A stretch of 64,000 nt of DNA from an uncultured bacterium (GTDB lineage: Bacteria; Actinomycetota; Acidimicrobiia; Spongiisociales; UBA5794): contig CAWDDT010000010.1 of assembly GCA_963801165.1 (NCBI GenBank), positions 128,001 to 192,000 on the forward strand, written 5' to 3'. The position numbers were made by a program, and so were the translations under genes. The stretch's first letter is position 1, and the number at the start of each line of letters is the position of its first letter. Below, piece after piece: positions 18,970-27,072 of this stretch. Under the pieces are notes generated by a model that saw nothing but the letters and a program-made list of their open reading frames with translations, did not search any database and was not told the origin of the DNA.

Positions 18970-20106
18970 TCAGCGCCGGAGTTGTGGCGGGTCGCGGTCG
19001 CTTGTCCCGTGTCCGGATTTTGAGAGGCGGCGACGTTTCCGGTCGCGCGCGGTCTTGGCGACATGGCAGGGGTGGCAGCGGTTGGGGAGGTTGGCGAGCG
19101 ACGTAGGGCCGTGTTCGGAGTAGGGGCGCTCGTGGTCGTGCTCCAGCCGGTACTGGTTGCCGCAGTCGACGCAGCGGGGACCGTCGAACTCGGGCGGTGA
19201 CCCGAGCCTGAGGGCGAGCTTGATTTCGACGGGGATGTGACGAGTCCATCGGCGCATCTGGCGCAGGTCCTTGCCATCACAGACGACGCCGGTGATGAAT
19301 GCATCTTGCGCCAGATCCCTGGCGAGGTCCGGATCGATTGGTCCCACTCCGGGGATGTGACAGATCTCGCCGGACTCAACCGTGCTCCAGCCCCGGGTGG
19401 CGACCTCGTGGCTCACCACCACGACGACCTCCGGTTTGGGGGAGCGGCCGCCCTCGGGGCGGTTGAAGCAGGAGGCAAAGGCATCTGCGAGGTGGGCCTG
19501 CCACGGGGTCTGTGGTGAATCGGCAGCTGCCGCAAGCCGCTTGGCCGCGGTCTCGATCCGCTCCACGATCGGCGTTCCGACATGGGGTTCGAGGTCGGCC
19601 TCGATGTGGACCATCCCGAGCGGGGTGATGTGGTGGGCGCCACGACGGGCGGCGTGCTGACGTTGTCTCAGACCCTCCCGGTTGGACTCGAGGACCGCGG
19701 TGCGCGCCTGCGCTCGCAGCACGTGAAATGGCTCGCGTTGTGCCACCTGGACCAGAGCGTCTGCACATCCAGGTGCCGCTGTTTCCGCCCCGGCGATCTC
19801 GGAGGCCTGGTCGAGTGACAGCGCCCCGCCGCGAACCGCGGCGGCCAGTGCGGGTGTGTCGTGGATTCGCTCCGAGAGGGCGACGATGGCTCGGGCCTTG
19901 CCGACAGAAGTGCCCGACTCGCGGGCTAGGACCCGGGGATCGCCGACCCGTCGGGCAAGCACGGCGGTGGCCCCGGCGCATGCCCGCTCACCTCGAGCGA
20001 ACAGTGACATCAACCGGTGGGCAACGCCAGGATCGACGAGGTCGGCGTCGAGGCTCAGCACCGCGGTCTCGAGGACCTCAACAGCGGACTTGACATCGGT
20101 TTCCAT
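18970..20106 (-). CDS. DUF222/13E12-like protein with C-terminal HNH endonuclease
   Basis: CVDCG..EHDHERPY..GPTSLANL..CHPCH; CHIPGVGPI motif. Confidence 0.85.
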   Translation of the reverse strand: METDVKSAVEVLETAVLSLDADLVDPGVAHRLMSLFARGERACAGATAVLARRVGDPRVLARESGTSVGKARAIVALSERIHDTPALAAAVRGGALSLDQASEIAGAETAAPGCADALVQVAQREPFHVLRAQARTAVLESNREGLRQRQHAARRGAHHITPLGMVHIEADLEPHVGTPIVERIETAAKRLAAAADSPQTPWQAHLADAFASCFNRPEGGRSPKPEVVVVVSHEVATRGWSTVESGEICHIPGVGPIDPDLARDLAQDAFITGVVCDGKDLRQMRRWTRHIPVEIKLALRLGSPPEFDGPRCVDCGNQYRLEHDHERPYSEHGPTSLANLPNRCHPCHVAKTARDRKRRRLSKSGHGTSDRDPPQLRR

Positions 20107-20134
20107 ACCAGCATCATGCCGGCCGGGTATGACA
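20107..20134 (-). promoter_or_regulatory. PafBC/RecA-NDp-like leaderless promoter
   Basis: TGTCAT-N10-CATGAT-N6-ATG. Confidence 0.55.
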
Positions 20135-20241
20135 CGTTTTCCACGATGCCGGTGGTCTCATTGCGGTGACGCAGTGCCGCCCGGGCGCGCTCGAATCTCT
20201 CGTTGCGCAGAGGCAAAGACCGTTGTGCGTGCTGTCCCGCA

Positions 20242-21018
20242 CTACCCCGCTCGGTGCCGCTCGATCAGTGCCTCGCGTAGTTGCTCGAAGTCGGTGTCGT
20301 TGAGTGCGACGGGGGAAAGGGAACCACCTGTTGCGTTTCCGGGAACCCAGATGACCACAAGGTCACCGCTCACAACCGGGGGCTCTCCAACGCTCCAACC
20401 GCAAAGCCGTATAACGTGTGCGCCCTTGTCCATGCCGATTGCAGCGATAGAGGTCGCGTTGTCTGTTCCTGGAAAAGTAGTCCACAATTGTTGGCCGGTT
20501 CCCGGTGTGTCGCATGGATCGCTGTCGAAGCTGAGCCAGACAAGACCGTCTGCGTAGTCAGTCAATGTGGGCGAAGCGAATGACACCGACCCGGTCGCCT
20601 GGATCGCACCATCACCGGGTGCCGACAGATTCAGCGTTGCCAGAGTGACAGTGGCGCCGTCTGGAATGGTGTCGGCGCCGGCGTACGCGTGGTAGACGGT
20701 CGCTTGAGCGCCTGTGGCCATCAGGTCGTCGGCGCTGAGCCCTCCGACGGTCGCAGCATCGACCACTCGGGCCGTTGCGAGTCGATGGAGGAACGCAGCC
20801 ATTTGCCCTCGTGTAACCGGTTCTCCTGGGCAAAACTGATCGTTTGCTGGCGGATTGCAGCCCCGGGTGACACCAGAATCGGCCAGCCAGGCGACGTCAT
20901 CGTAAAAGACATTCTCCGATGGGACATCAGTGAAGCGGTCGATAGCGGCAGCACCGATTGGCACCAGGAGCACCACAAGGAGACCACCCACCAAAAGGGA
21001 CATTGCTCGTCTGAACAT
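20242..21018 (-). CDS. Secreted S-layer homology (SLH) domain protein
   Basis: Signal peptide; FTDVP..WLADSGVTRGC..FCPGEPVTRGQMAAFLHR. Confidence 0.85.
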   Translation of the reverse strand: MFRRAMSLLVGGLLVVLLVPIGAAAIDRFTDVPSENVFYDDVAWLADSGVTRGCNPPANDQFCPGEPVTRGQMAAFLHRLATARVVDAATVGGLSADDLMATGAQATVYHAYAGADTIPDGATVTLATLNLSAPGDGAIQATGSVSFASPTLTDYADGLVWLSFDSDPCDTPGTGQQLWTTFPGTDNATSIAAIGMDKGAHVIRLCGWSVGEPPVVSGDLVVIWVPGNATGGSLSPVALNDTDFEQLREALIERHRAG

Positions 21019-21326
21019 GACACCTTCCATTCGTACAATCCGCCGTGCGACGGGGCGCTGATACCACTCTCCCTTAGCTCGCACCACCGCTGACATCACC
21101 CGCCAGCCGAGTCGAGCCCAAATCCAGAGAACATAATATGGGCGATATCGCACCTTGGCGCCAACCCCGCAGAGCGGCACGTATCCGCATGGGGGATCGG
21201 CCACTCAGCGTAACGAAGGCGGATAGACGAAACTGTTGTGTTTCGCCCATCTGATGCGGGGACTCTCTTTGGGCTGCCGCGCGCGGTGAGCCGCCACCTG
21301 GCGTGTAGGTCACTCGATCTCGGCGA

Positions 21327-21680
21327 CTACTCGCGGCTTTGGCACCATGCGGCGACGATAGCGAGAAGTTCCGCCCTGGCGGACTTGACGTCCTCGATGT
21401 CGGCGAACTTCACGTAGCGGGCTGTATCGCCGCCGCCTTTCATCCGTGGGTGCGTGCCCGGGATGGCGGCACCGCTATGGAACATGAGGCTTACGTGGGC
21501 CTTGGCTCGCGGATTGATGCTCGCCATGTTGCCTTTGTACATGAACGTCGGGCTCTTCCATTTGATTGTCTCGGTCATTCGATCGTCCGAGAGCACGATC
21601 TGGCGCACCAGCTGCATCGCATCGAGCAGCGGATGCTCGAAATCTTCAAACCAAGCATCGACATCTGGGTTTGTATTCAC
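21327..21680 (-). CDS. DUF1801 (YdhG-like) protein
   Basis: VDAWF, ETIKWKSPTF, LMFHSGA and ARYVKF. Confidence 0.82.
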   Translation of the reverse strand: MNTNPDVDAWFEDFEHPLLDAMQLVRQIVLSDDRMTETIKWKSPTFMYKGNMASINPRAKAHVSLMFHSGAAIPGTHPRMKGGGDTARYVKFADIEDVKSARAELLAIVAAWCQSRE

Positions 21681-21911
21681 GCTACAGACCCTATCGACGG
21701 CTCAGCGTGGATCGCCGAGTACGGCGCAGGGACGAGCACGTCGTCGAGTCACCGGAAATGGCACGCCCGAATCCGCCCCCCAAGCCGCCAATATCGCGTG
21801 CACATCGCTAGACATGCCGGCAATCACCTGGAGGTTTGCCATGATCCGGGAACGTGTTGCTGAGACCGCTCGGAACCGGCACTGCTTGGGTGCTGGGTGC
21901 CGATACGGGTC

Positions 21912-22643
21912 CTAGCGCGCCTTTTCCTGAAGCGTCACCGCGGTTCCCGACATGGTGATGAGCATCCGTGTCCCGATGGACGTGTATTGCATCGTGACTC
22001 CGATCACGGCGTGAGCACCGCGCTCGACCGCCTCGTCAACCAGACCCTCGAGGCCTACCTGGCGTCCCTTGGCCAGGGTGGCGCCCACCTGGCGTAGATC
22101 ACCGCCGGGCGCTTCGACGGCAACCTCGGCGGTGACCACGCCCAGGTAGGTGTGTACGTCCCAGTTGGCGAGCTCCTGGGTGGTAGTGACAACGGGCCGC
22201 CAGGTTGCCCGGCCGTCTGCGGCAGTGACCCAGCCCTGGGCGGAACGCTGCCAATCGGCTCCCCAACGTCTGCCCAACCCGTAGTCCGCCTCCCGGATGG
22301 CGGGCATCGGCCCTGGAATCCGATCGGCGTCAGGGCGCAGGTCGACCACGACGTGTGATGACGGCTCGGTGGGCTGCTCGGTACGGACGATTTCGGGCTG
22401 TCGGGCAGCACCCCACTCGCTTGTCTCGGTATCGGTGCGGGCCGCCCGAACGCTGGTGGCGATCTGTTTGCCGGCCTCGATACGCTTCTGGGCGACCGTC
22501 ATCGCCTGGTCGAGCCGGGAGCGTGCCCGGAACCTGTCATCACCAAACCGACCTCCGCCGGATGATGCATCACCGGCAGCGGCCGGGGCAGCCCACTCGG
22601 AGCCGTCTGCCGGTGTTCCTGCAGGTCTGATAGGTTCCGCCAA
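21912..22643 (-). CDS. YbjQ/UPF0145 domain protein with long N-terminal extension
   Basis: VTTTQEL..YLGVV..EAVERGAHAVIGV..SGTAV. Confidence 0.75.
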   Translation of the reverse strand: MAEPIRPAGTPADGSEWAAPAAAGDASSGGGRFGDDRFRARSRLDQAMTVAQKRIEAGKQIATSVRAARTDTETSEWGAARQPEIVRTEQPTEPSSHVVVDLRPDADRIPGPMPAIREADYGLGRRWGADWQRSAQGWVTAADGRATWRPVVTTTQELANWDVHTYLGVVTAEVAVEAPGGDLRQVGATLAKGRQVGLEGLVDEAVERGAHAVIGVTMQYTSIGTRMLITMSGTAVTLQEKAR

Positions 22644-22687
22644 CTCTCAATCACCCCTGTACCCGGGAATCAGAATACCCTGTCCCC

Positions 22688-23371
22688 GTGCGAATCAACG
22701 TAATCACAATTTTTCCGGAGTTCTTCGACTCCCCATTGCAGGTCAGCCTCATTGGTAGGGCGCAGCAGGATGGTGCGCTCGACGTTGTGATCATCGATCT
22801 GCGTCAATATGGCAAGGGCTTCCACAGACAGCTCGATGACGCCCCGTTCGGGGGTGGACCGGGCATGGTGATGATGATCGAGCCGCTCGACCACGCGCTC
22901 GCCCCGCTGGCCGGGTCGCACCGCGTGCTGCTGGCGGCTGCCGGGAACCCGCTGACTCAGGATCGGCTAGACGAATGGGCTCACCTCGAGGCTCTGACGC
23001 TGGTGTGTGGCCGGTACGAGGGTGTCGATCAGCGGGTGGCGGACCATCTGGTCGATGAGGAGATCTCCATGGGCGATTACGTCATGCTCGGGGGCGAGGT
23101 GGGCGCTCTTGCCATCATCGAGGGCGTGACCCGTCTCCTGCCCGGAGTGGTCGGCAACCCCGAGTCGATCTCGGCGGAGAGCTTCCGGGACGGATTTCTC
23201 GAGGAGCCTCAATACACGAGGCCCGCCGGATACCGGGGATGGAGCGTCCCCGATGTACTCCTGTCGGGTGATCACGGCCGGGTCGCCGCCTGGCGTCTCG
23301 AACAACGGCTGCGTCGAACAAGGGAGCGTCGACCCGACCTCCTCGATGGCGACTCGAGCGACTCCAGGTAG
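22688..23371 (+). CDS. trmD: tRNA (guanine-N1)-methyltransferase
   Basis: DDAPFGGGPGM, CGRYEGVDQR, SMGDYVMLGGE and PQYTRP. Confidence 0.98.
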   Translation: MRINVITIFPEFFDSPLQVSLIGRAQQDGALDVVIIDLRQYGKGFHRQLDDAPFGGGPGMVMMIEPLDHALAPLAGSHRVLLAAAGNPLTQDRLDEWAHLEALTLVCGRYEGVDQRVADHLVDEEISMGDYVMLGGEVGALAIIEGVTRLLPGVVGNPESISAESFRDGFLEEPQYTRPAGYRGWSVPDVLLSGDHGRVAAWRLEQRLRRTRERRPDLLDGDSSDSR

Positions 23372-23453
23372 CATCCCGGAGCTGGCGCAAGAACCAGAGT
23401 GTGGTTAGACTCTCGGCTTCGAGTTTCCCTTTTCCCTCATTCGGAGGAATCCC

Positions 23454-23798
23454 GTGAATACGGTCGATCAAATCGAGTCCGCATACGTGCGCGACGACGT
23501 GCCGGACTTTGCCCCGGGCGACACGGTGCGGGTGAACGTGCGTGTTGTCGAGGGCGGCCGTGAGCGTGTCCAGATCTTCGAGGGCGTTGTCATCGGTCGC
23601 AACGGCAGGGGCGCCCGTGCGTCATTCACCGTTCGCAAGCTGAGCTTCGGTGTGGGCGTGGAGCGCATCTTTCCGTTGCACGCCCCGATCATCCACTCCA
23701 TCGAAGTCGTGCGGCGCGGCGACGTGCGCCGGGCCAAGCTCTACTACCTGCGTGATCGCGTCGGTAAGGCGGCTCGCATCAAGGAGAAGCGGGACTGA
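23454..23798 (+). CDS. rplS: 50S ribosomal protein L19
   Basis: [21 protein letters not shown] and [10 protein letters not shown]. Confidence 0.98.
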   Translation: MNTVDQIESAYVRDDVPDFAPGDTVRVNVRVVEGGRERVQIFEGVVIGRNGRGARASFTVRKLSFGVGVERIFPLHAPIIHSIEVVRRGDVRRAKLYYLRDRVGKAARIKEKRD

Positions 23799-24515
23799 GT
23801 GCACACGCACGAGGGTCCGCAGCCCATTCCTGCGATGAGCGACTATCCCGGAGATAGCCCGGATCCGGAAGAGCTGCTCGAAGAGCCCGCGAACGGGGGC
23901 GGCGGGGAAGAAGTCGACGCCGAGCCGGACGAGAAGCGGTCGGAGGCTGTCGCCTTTCTCAAAGAGCTCCCGTTCCTCATCGTCGGCGCTCTCATCGTCG
24001 CGGTCATCGTCAAGTCTTTCCTCGTCCAGGTGTTCTGGATTCCTTCCGGCTCGATGGAGGAGACCCTCCAGATCGGCGACAGGGTCATCGTCAACAAGCT
24101 CGCTTACCGGATAGGTGATCCGAGTCGTGGCGACGTCGTCGTCTTCGAGCCGGTGACGTTCGAGCAGGAATCGGTGGTTCGCAAGGTATCTCGCAACTTG
24201 CTCGAATCGATCGGGCTGCGTACCCCCCAGTCCGACCTGATCAAGCGTGTTATCGGCCTTCCCGGGGAGACGGTCGAAATCCGTGACAACTCGATATACG
24301 TCGACGGTACGCCCATCGATGAGCCGTATCTCCGCGTCGATCTCGTCATGGCGGATCAGGGGCCGTGGTCGGTGCCGGAGGGGCACTACTTCGTCATGGG
24401 TGACAACCGCAACAGCAGCAACGACAGCAGGGTGTTCGGGGCGATCGAGCGAGACAGGATCGTCGGACGCGCCTTTTCGGTTGTGTGGCCACCGGGTCGC
24501 TGGGGCGGGCTCTGA
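23799..24515 (+). CDS. lepB: Signal peptidase I
   Basis: IPSGSM, IKRVIGLPG and GDNRNSSNDSR. Confidence 0.96.
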   Translation: MHTHEGPQPIPAMSDYPGDSPDPEELLEEPANGGGGEEVDAEPDEKRSEAVAFLKELPFLIVGALIVAVIVKSFLVQVFWIPSGSMEETLQIGDRVIVNKLAYRIGDPSRGDVVVFEPVTFEQESVVRKVSRNLLESIGLRTPQSDLIKRVIGLPGETVEIRDNSIYVDGTPIDEPYLRVDLVMADQGPWSVPEGHYFVMGDNRNSSNDSRVFGAIERDRIVGRAFSVVWPPGRWGGL

Positions 24516-25141
24516 CGCGTCTCGTCGAGGCGAGTCTCCAACAGGGCGTCGCCGCTCTGGCGGCGCAAGACCCCGGGCTTGCCCGCCTCGCCGATCGCAA
24601 TGGTGTCCCACCTCTGTGGCCTCGTCCCCCCGGGTTCGCCACCCTTGTCAGGATCGTGCTCGAGCAGCAGGTATCCCTGGAGAGCGCGGCCGCCGCGTTT
24701 GCCAATCTGGAAGAGAGGCTCGGTACCGTCGAGCCTCGTCCGTTTCTCGAAATCGGTGACGCAGAGCTGAAACGCATCGGCTTCTCTAGACAGAAGACCG
24801 GCTATTGCCGCGGTATCGCCACAGGACTGATCGAGGGGCGGATCGATCTCGACGAGCTGGAGGGGTTGCCCGACGCCGCGGCGCGGCACCGGCTGACGGA
24901 GGTTCGCGGCATCGGTCCGTGGACGGCCGACGTGTACTTGCTGTTTGTCATGCGCCGACCAGACGTCTGGCCGGTCGGTGACCGGGCGCTCGTCGTGTCT
25001 ATGGCAGAGCATCTCGAGCTCGATGAGGTTCCCGAATACGACCGCGCCGCACGGATCGCCGAATCCTGGTCCCCGTGGCGAGCCGTCGCCGCCCGGATGC
25101 TGTGGCACGCCTATCTGGTACGTCGGGGAAGGGCGCTCTAG
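24485..25141 (+). CDS. AlkA-like DNA-3-methyladenine glycosylase (HhH-GPD); start uncertain
   Basis: LEQQVS, GFSRQK, RGIGPWTA, WPVGD and WSPWRAVA. Confidence 0.88.
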   Translation: MATGSLGRALTRLVEASLQQGVAALAAQDPGLARLADRNGVPPLWPRPPGFATLVRIVLEQQVSLESAAAAFANLEERLGTVEPRPFLEIGDAELKRIGFSRQKTGYCRGIATGLIEGRIDLDELEGLPDAAARHRLTEVRGIGPWTADVYLLFVMRRPDVWPVGDRALVVSMAEHLELDEVPEYDRAARIAESWSPWRAVAARMLWHAYLVRRGRAL

Positions 25142-25171
25142 GAGCCGAATCGGCAAGGCGCCCACCGCAAA

Positions 25172-25193
25172 TGTCAGTGGGTCAGTTCATACT
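25172..25193 (+). promoter_or_regulatory. PafBC/RecA-NDp-like promoter upstream of DUF2469-yraN
   Basis: TGTCAG-N10-CATACT. Confidence 0.55.
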
Positions 25194-25282
25194 CACATTG
25201 GGTGCCAAAGAAAAAAGAAGATCGCCGTACCGGCCGCCGTGTGCTTAGTATGCAGCTCCGCTGGGGGAGGGCAGGAGAGGCT

Positions 25283-25579
25283 ATGGGTGAAGAGGACCTC
25301 GAGCGTTACGAAACCGATGTCGAGCTGAACATCTACAAGGAGTATCGCGACATACTCCCGATGTTCCGGTACGTCATCGAGACTGAGCGCCGCTTTTACC
25401 TGGCCAATGAGGTCGAGATGCACACCAGGCGGTCGGATGGGTCGGTCTACTTCGAACTGGAGTTGAACGACGCATGGGTATGGGACATGTACCGGCCGGC
25501 CCGCTTCGTCAAGAGCGTCAAAGTGATGACGTTCCGCGACGTCAACATCGAGGAGCTGGAGCCCTCCTCGGCTCTCTAG
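25283..25579 (+). CDS. DUF2469 family protein
   Basis: EDLERYETDVELNIYKEYRD..WVWDMYRPARFVK; AGGAG RBS. Confidence 0.92.
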   Translation: MGEEDLERYETDVELNIYKEYRDILPMFRYVIETERRFYLANEVEMHTRRSDGSVYFELELNDAWVWDMYRPARFVKSVKVMTFRDVNIEELEPSSAL

Positions 25580-25911
25580 ATACCCCCGATTCGAGACGCA
25601 AAGCACTCGGGGCCTTCGGCGAGTACATCGCCGCTCGTTTTCTCGCCGCCCGTGGAGCCCGAATTGTCGAGCGCAACAAACGTGTTGGCAGGGGAGAGCT
25701 GGATCTGATCGTGGCAATCGACGGGGTACGGGTTGCCGTAGAGGTCAAGACCGGCACCGGCGACGTAGACCCTGTCCATCACCTAGACGAGGGCAAGCTC
25801 GCACAGGTTCGGTCACTGGCGGCGCAATGCGGTGTCCACAGGGTCGACTACGTCGGCGTGGCCGTGTCCCGGCGCGGCGTCCTTGTACGGTGGCTACCGG
25901 CTTTCGACTGA
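25576..25911 (+). CDS. yraN: YraN family nuclease (start codon unclear)
   Basis: LGAFGEYIAARFL..G..IVERN..GELDLI..VEVKT. Confidence 0.85.
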   Translation, partial: LDTPDSRRKALGAFGEYIAARFLAARGARIVERNKRVGRGELDLIVAIDGVRVAVEVKTGTGDVDPVHHLDEGKLAQVRSLAAQCGVHRVDYVGVAVSRRGVLVRWLPAFD

Positions 25912-26115
25912 GTACGCACCGGATCGTCGCATCTCCTTGAACCAGCAGCCACGATGCCAGTGCCGACGTCTATCCGGGTCGTACTCGGGAACCACCACCA
26001 GGTGTCCTTCGCCGGCGCCGATGTCACCGTTGCAACCGGGGCAGGCGTATTTCTTGCGCGCCTGGTAGGGCTGGATCGGGGTCACGACTAGCGGACCGAA
26101 TGGCGAATCCTCCAC
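25894..26115 (-). CDS. Small conserved actinobacterial putative zinc-binding protein
   Basis: KKYACPGCNGDI..H.VVVP..RRHWHRGCW, 73 aa from GTG 26115. Confidence 0.75.
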   Translation of the reverse strand: MEDSPFGPLVVTPIQPYQARKKYACPGCNGDIGAGEGHLVVVPEYDPDRRRHWHRGCWFKEMRRSGAYSVESR

Positions 26116-26116
26116 G

Positions 26117-26230
26117 TCAACCGCCCACCAAGGCCCAGATGACGACGAGCACGATGATGATGAGAAAGATGGCGACAATGATGACATCGGTTGCCGTCTT
26201 CTCTTGCTGGCGGAATGGATTGAAGCCCAC
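26117..26230 (-). CDS. 37-aa single-pass membrane microprotein (not in ORF track)
   Basis: MGFNPFRQQEKTATDVIIVAIFLIIIVLVVIWALVGG; TACCCT -10 7 nt upstream; stop abuts the next gene. Confidence 0.7.
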   Translation of the reverse strand: MGFNPFRQQEKTATDVIIVAIFLIIIVLVVIWALVGG

Positions 26231-26280
26231 GACGCCGAGGGTAGTGCGCGCCGGGGGATGCGAACTGTATTGTCACATCG

Positions 26281-27069
26281 ATGACTGACACGCCATTTGT
26301 CCTCGTCACCGACACGGGCCCGGTGCGCTGGATCACTCTCAATCGACCCGATCGCAAGAACGCGGTCCCGCTGGAGGGATGGGCAGAGCTTGCCGGCGCT
26401 TTCGATGATTTCGCAGGTTCGGTCCAGCGTGTCGTCGTGCTCCGTGGTGCCGGAGAGGACTTCTGTGCCGGCGCCGATCTCCATTTCGACACCGTGGACG
26501 AGTTGCGCAGCCCTGCGGTGGGTCGCGCCTACATGCGGGCACCGGGGCGGGCGGTCACCGCTCTGTACCGGTTGGCGAAGCCATCGCTGGCCGCCGTTGA
26601 CGGGGTAGCGGCCGGGGGTGGGATGAATCTCGCCCTTGGTTGCGACATCGTGGTCGCCACCGAGCAGGCACGGTTCTCGGAGATCTTCGTCAAGCGAGGT
26701 CTGACCGTCGACCTCGGTGGCACCTGGCTGCTGCCTCGCATCGTGGGGATGGCCCGGGCACGAGAGCTGGCGCTGACCGGTCGCACCGTTGCCGCCACCG
26801 AGGCGCTGGAGATCGGGATGGTGAGCCGGGTAGTGCCCGTCGGCGAGCTCGTCGCGGTGGTGCAGCAGCTCGCGGAGGAGATCGCGGAGGGGGCCCCGCT
26901 GGCGCAGAGCTTCATCAAGAAGGCCCTGTCCCGCTCGATGGAGATGACCTTCGAGCAGGCCCTCGCCTCCGAGGCGCAGGCGCAGGCGGCGCTGCTCGCC
27001 TCCGACGACGTACGGGAAGGGGTGGCTGCGTTCCTCGAGCGCAGGGACCCGCGTTTCGAGGGGAAGTAG
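26281..27069 (+). CDS. Enoyl-CoA hydratase/isomerase family protein
   Basis: LNRPDRKNA, FCAGADL and AAGGGMNLALGCD. Confidence 0.93.
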   Translation: MTDTPFVLVTDTGPVRWITLNRPDRKNAVPLEGWAELAGAFDDFAGSVQRVVVLRGAGEDFCAGADLHFDTVDELRSPAVGRAYMRAPGRAVTALYRLAKPSLAAVDGVAAGGGMNLALGCDIVVATEQARFSEIFVKRGLTVDLGGTWLLPRIVGMARARELALTGRTVAATEALEIGMVSRVVPVGELVAVVQQLAEEIAEGAPLAQSFIKKALSRSMEMTFEQALASEAQAQAALLASDDVREGVAAFLERRDPRFEGK

Positions 27070-27072
27070 CCC

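Noticed and set aside
21681-21911. Long intergenic gaps (also 21030-21326) as hidden RNA genes
   Set aside because: No tRNA, riboswitch or convincing stem pattern recognised by eye.
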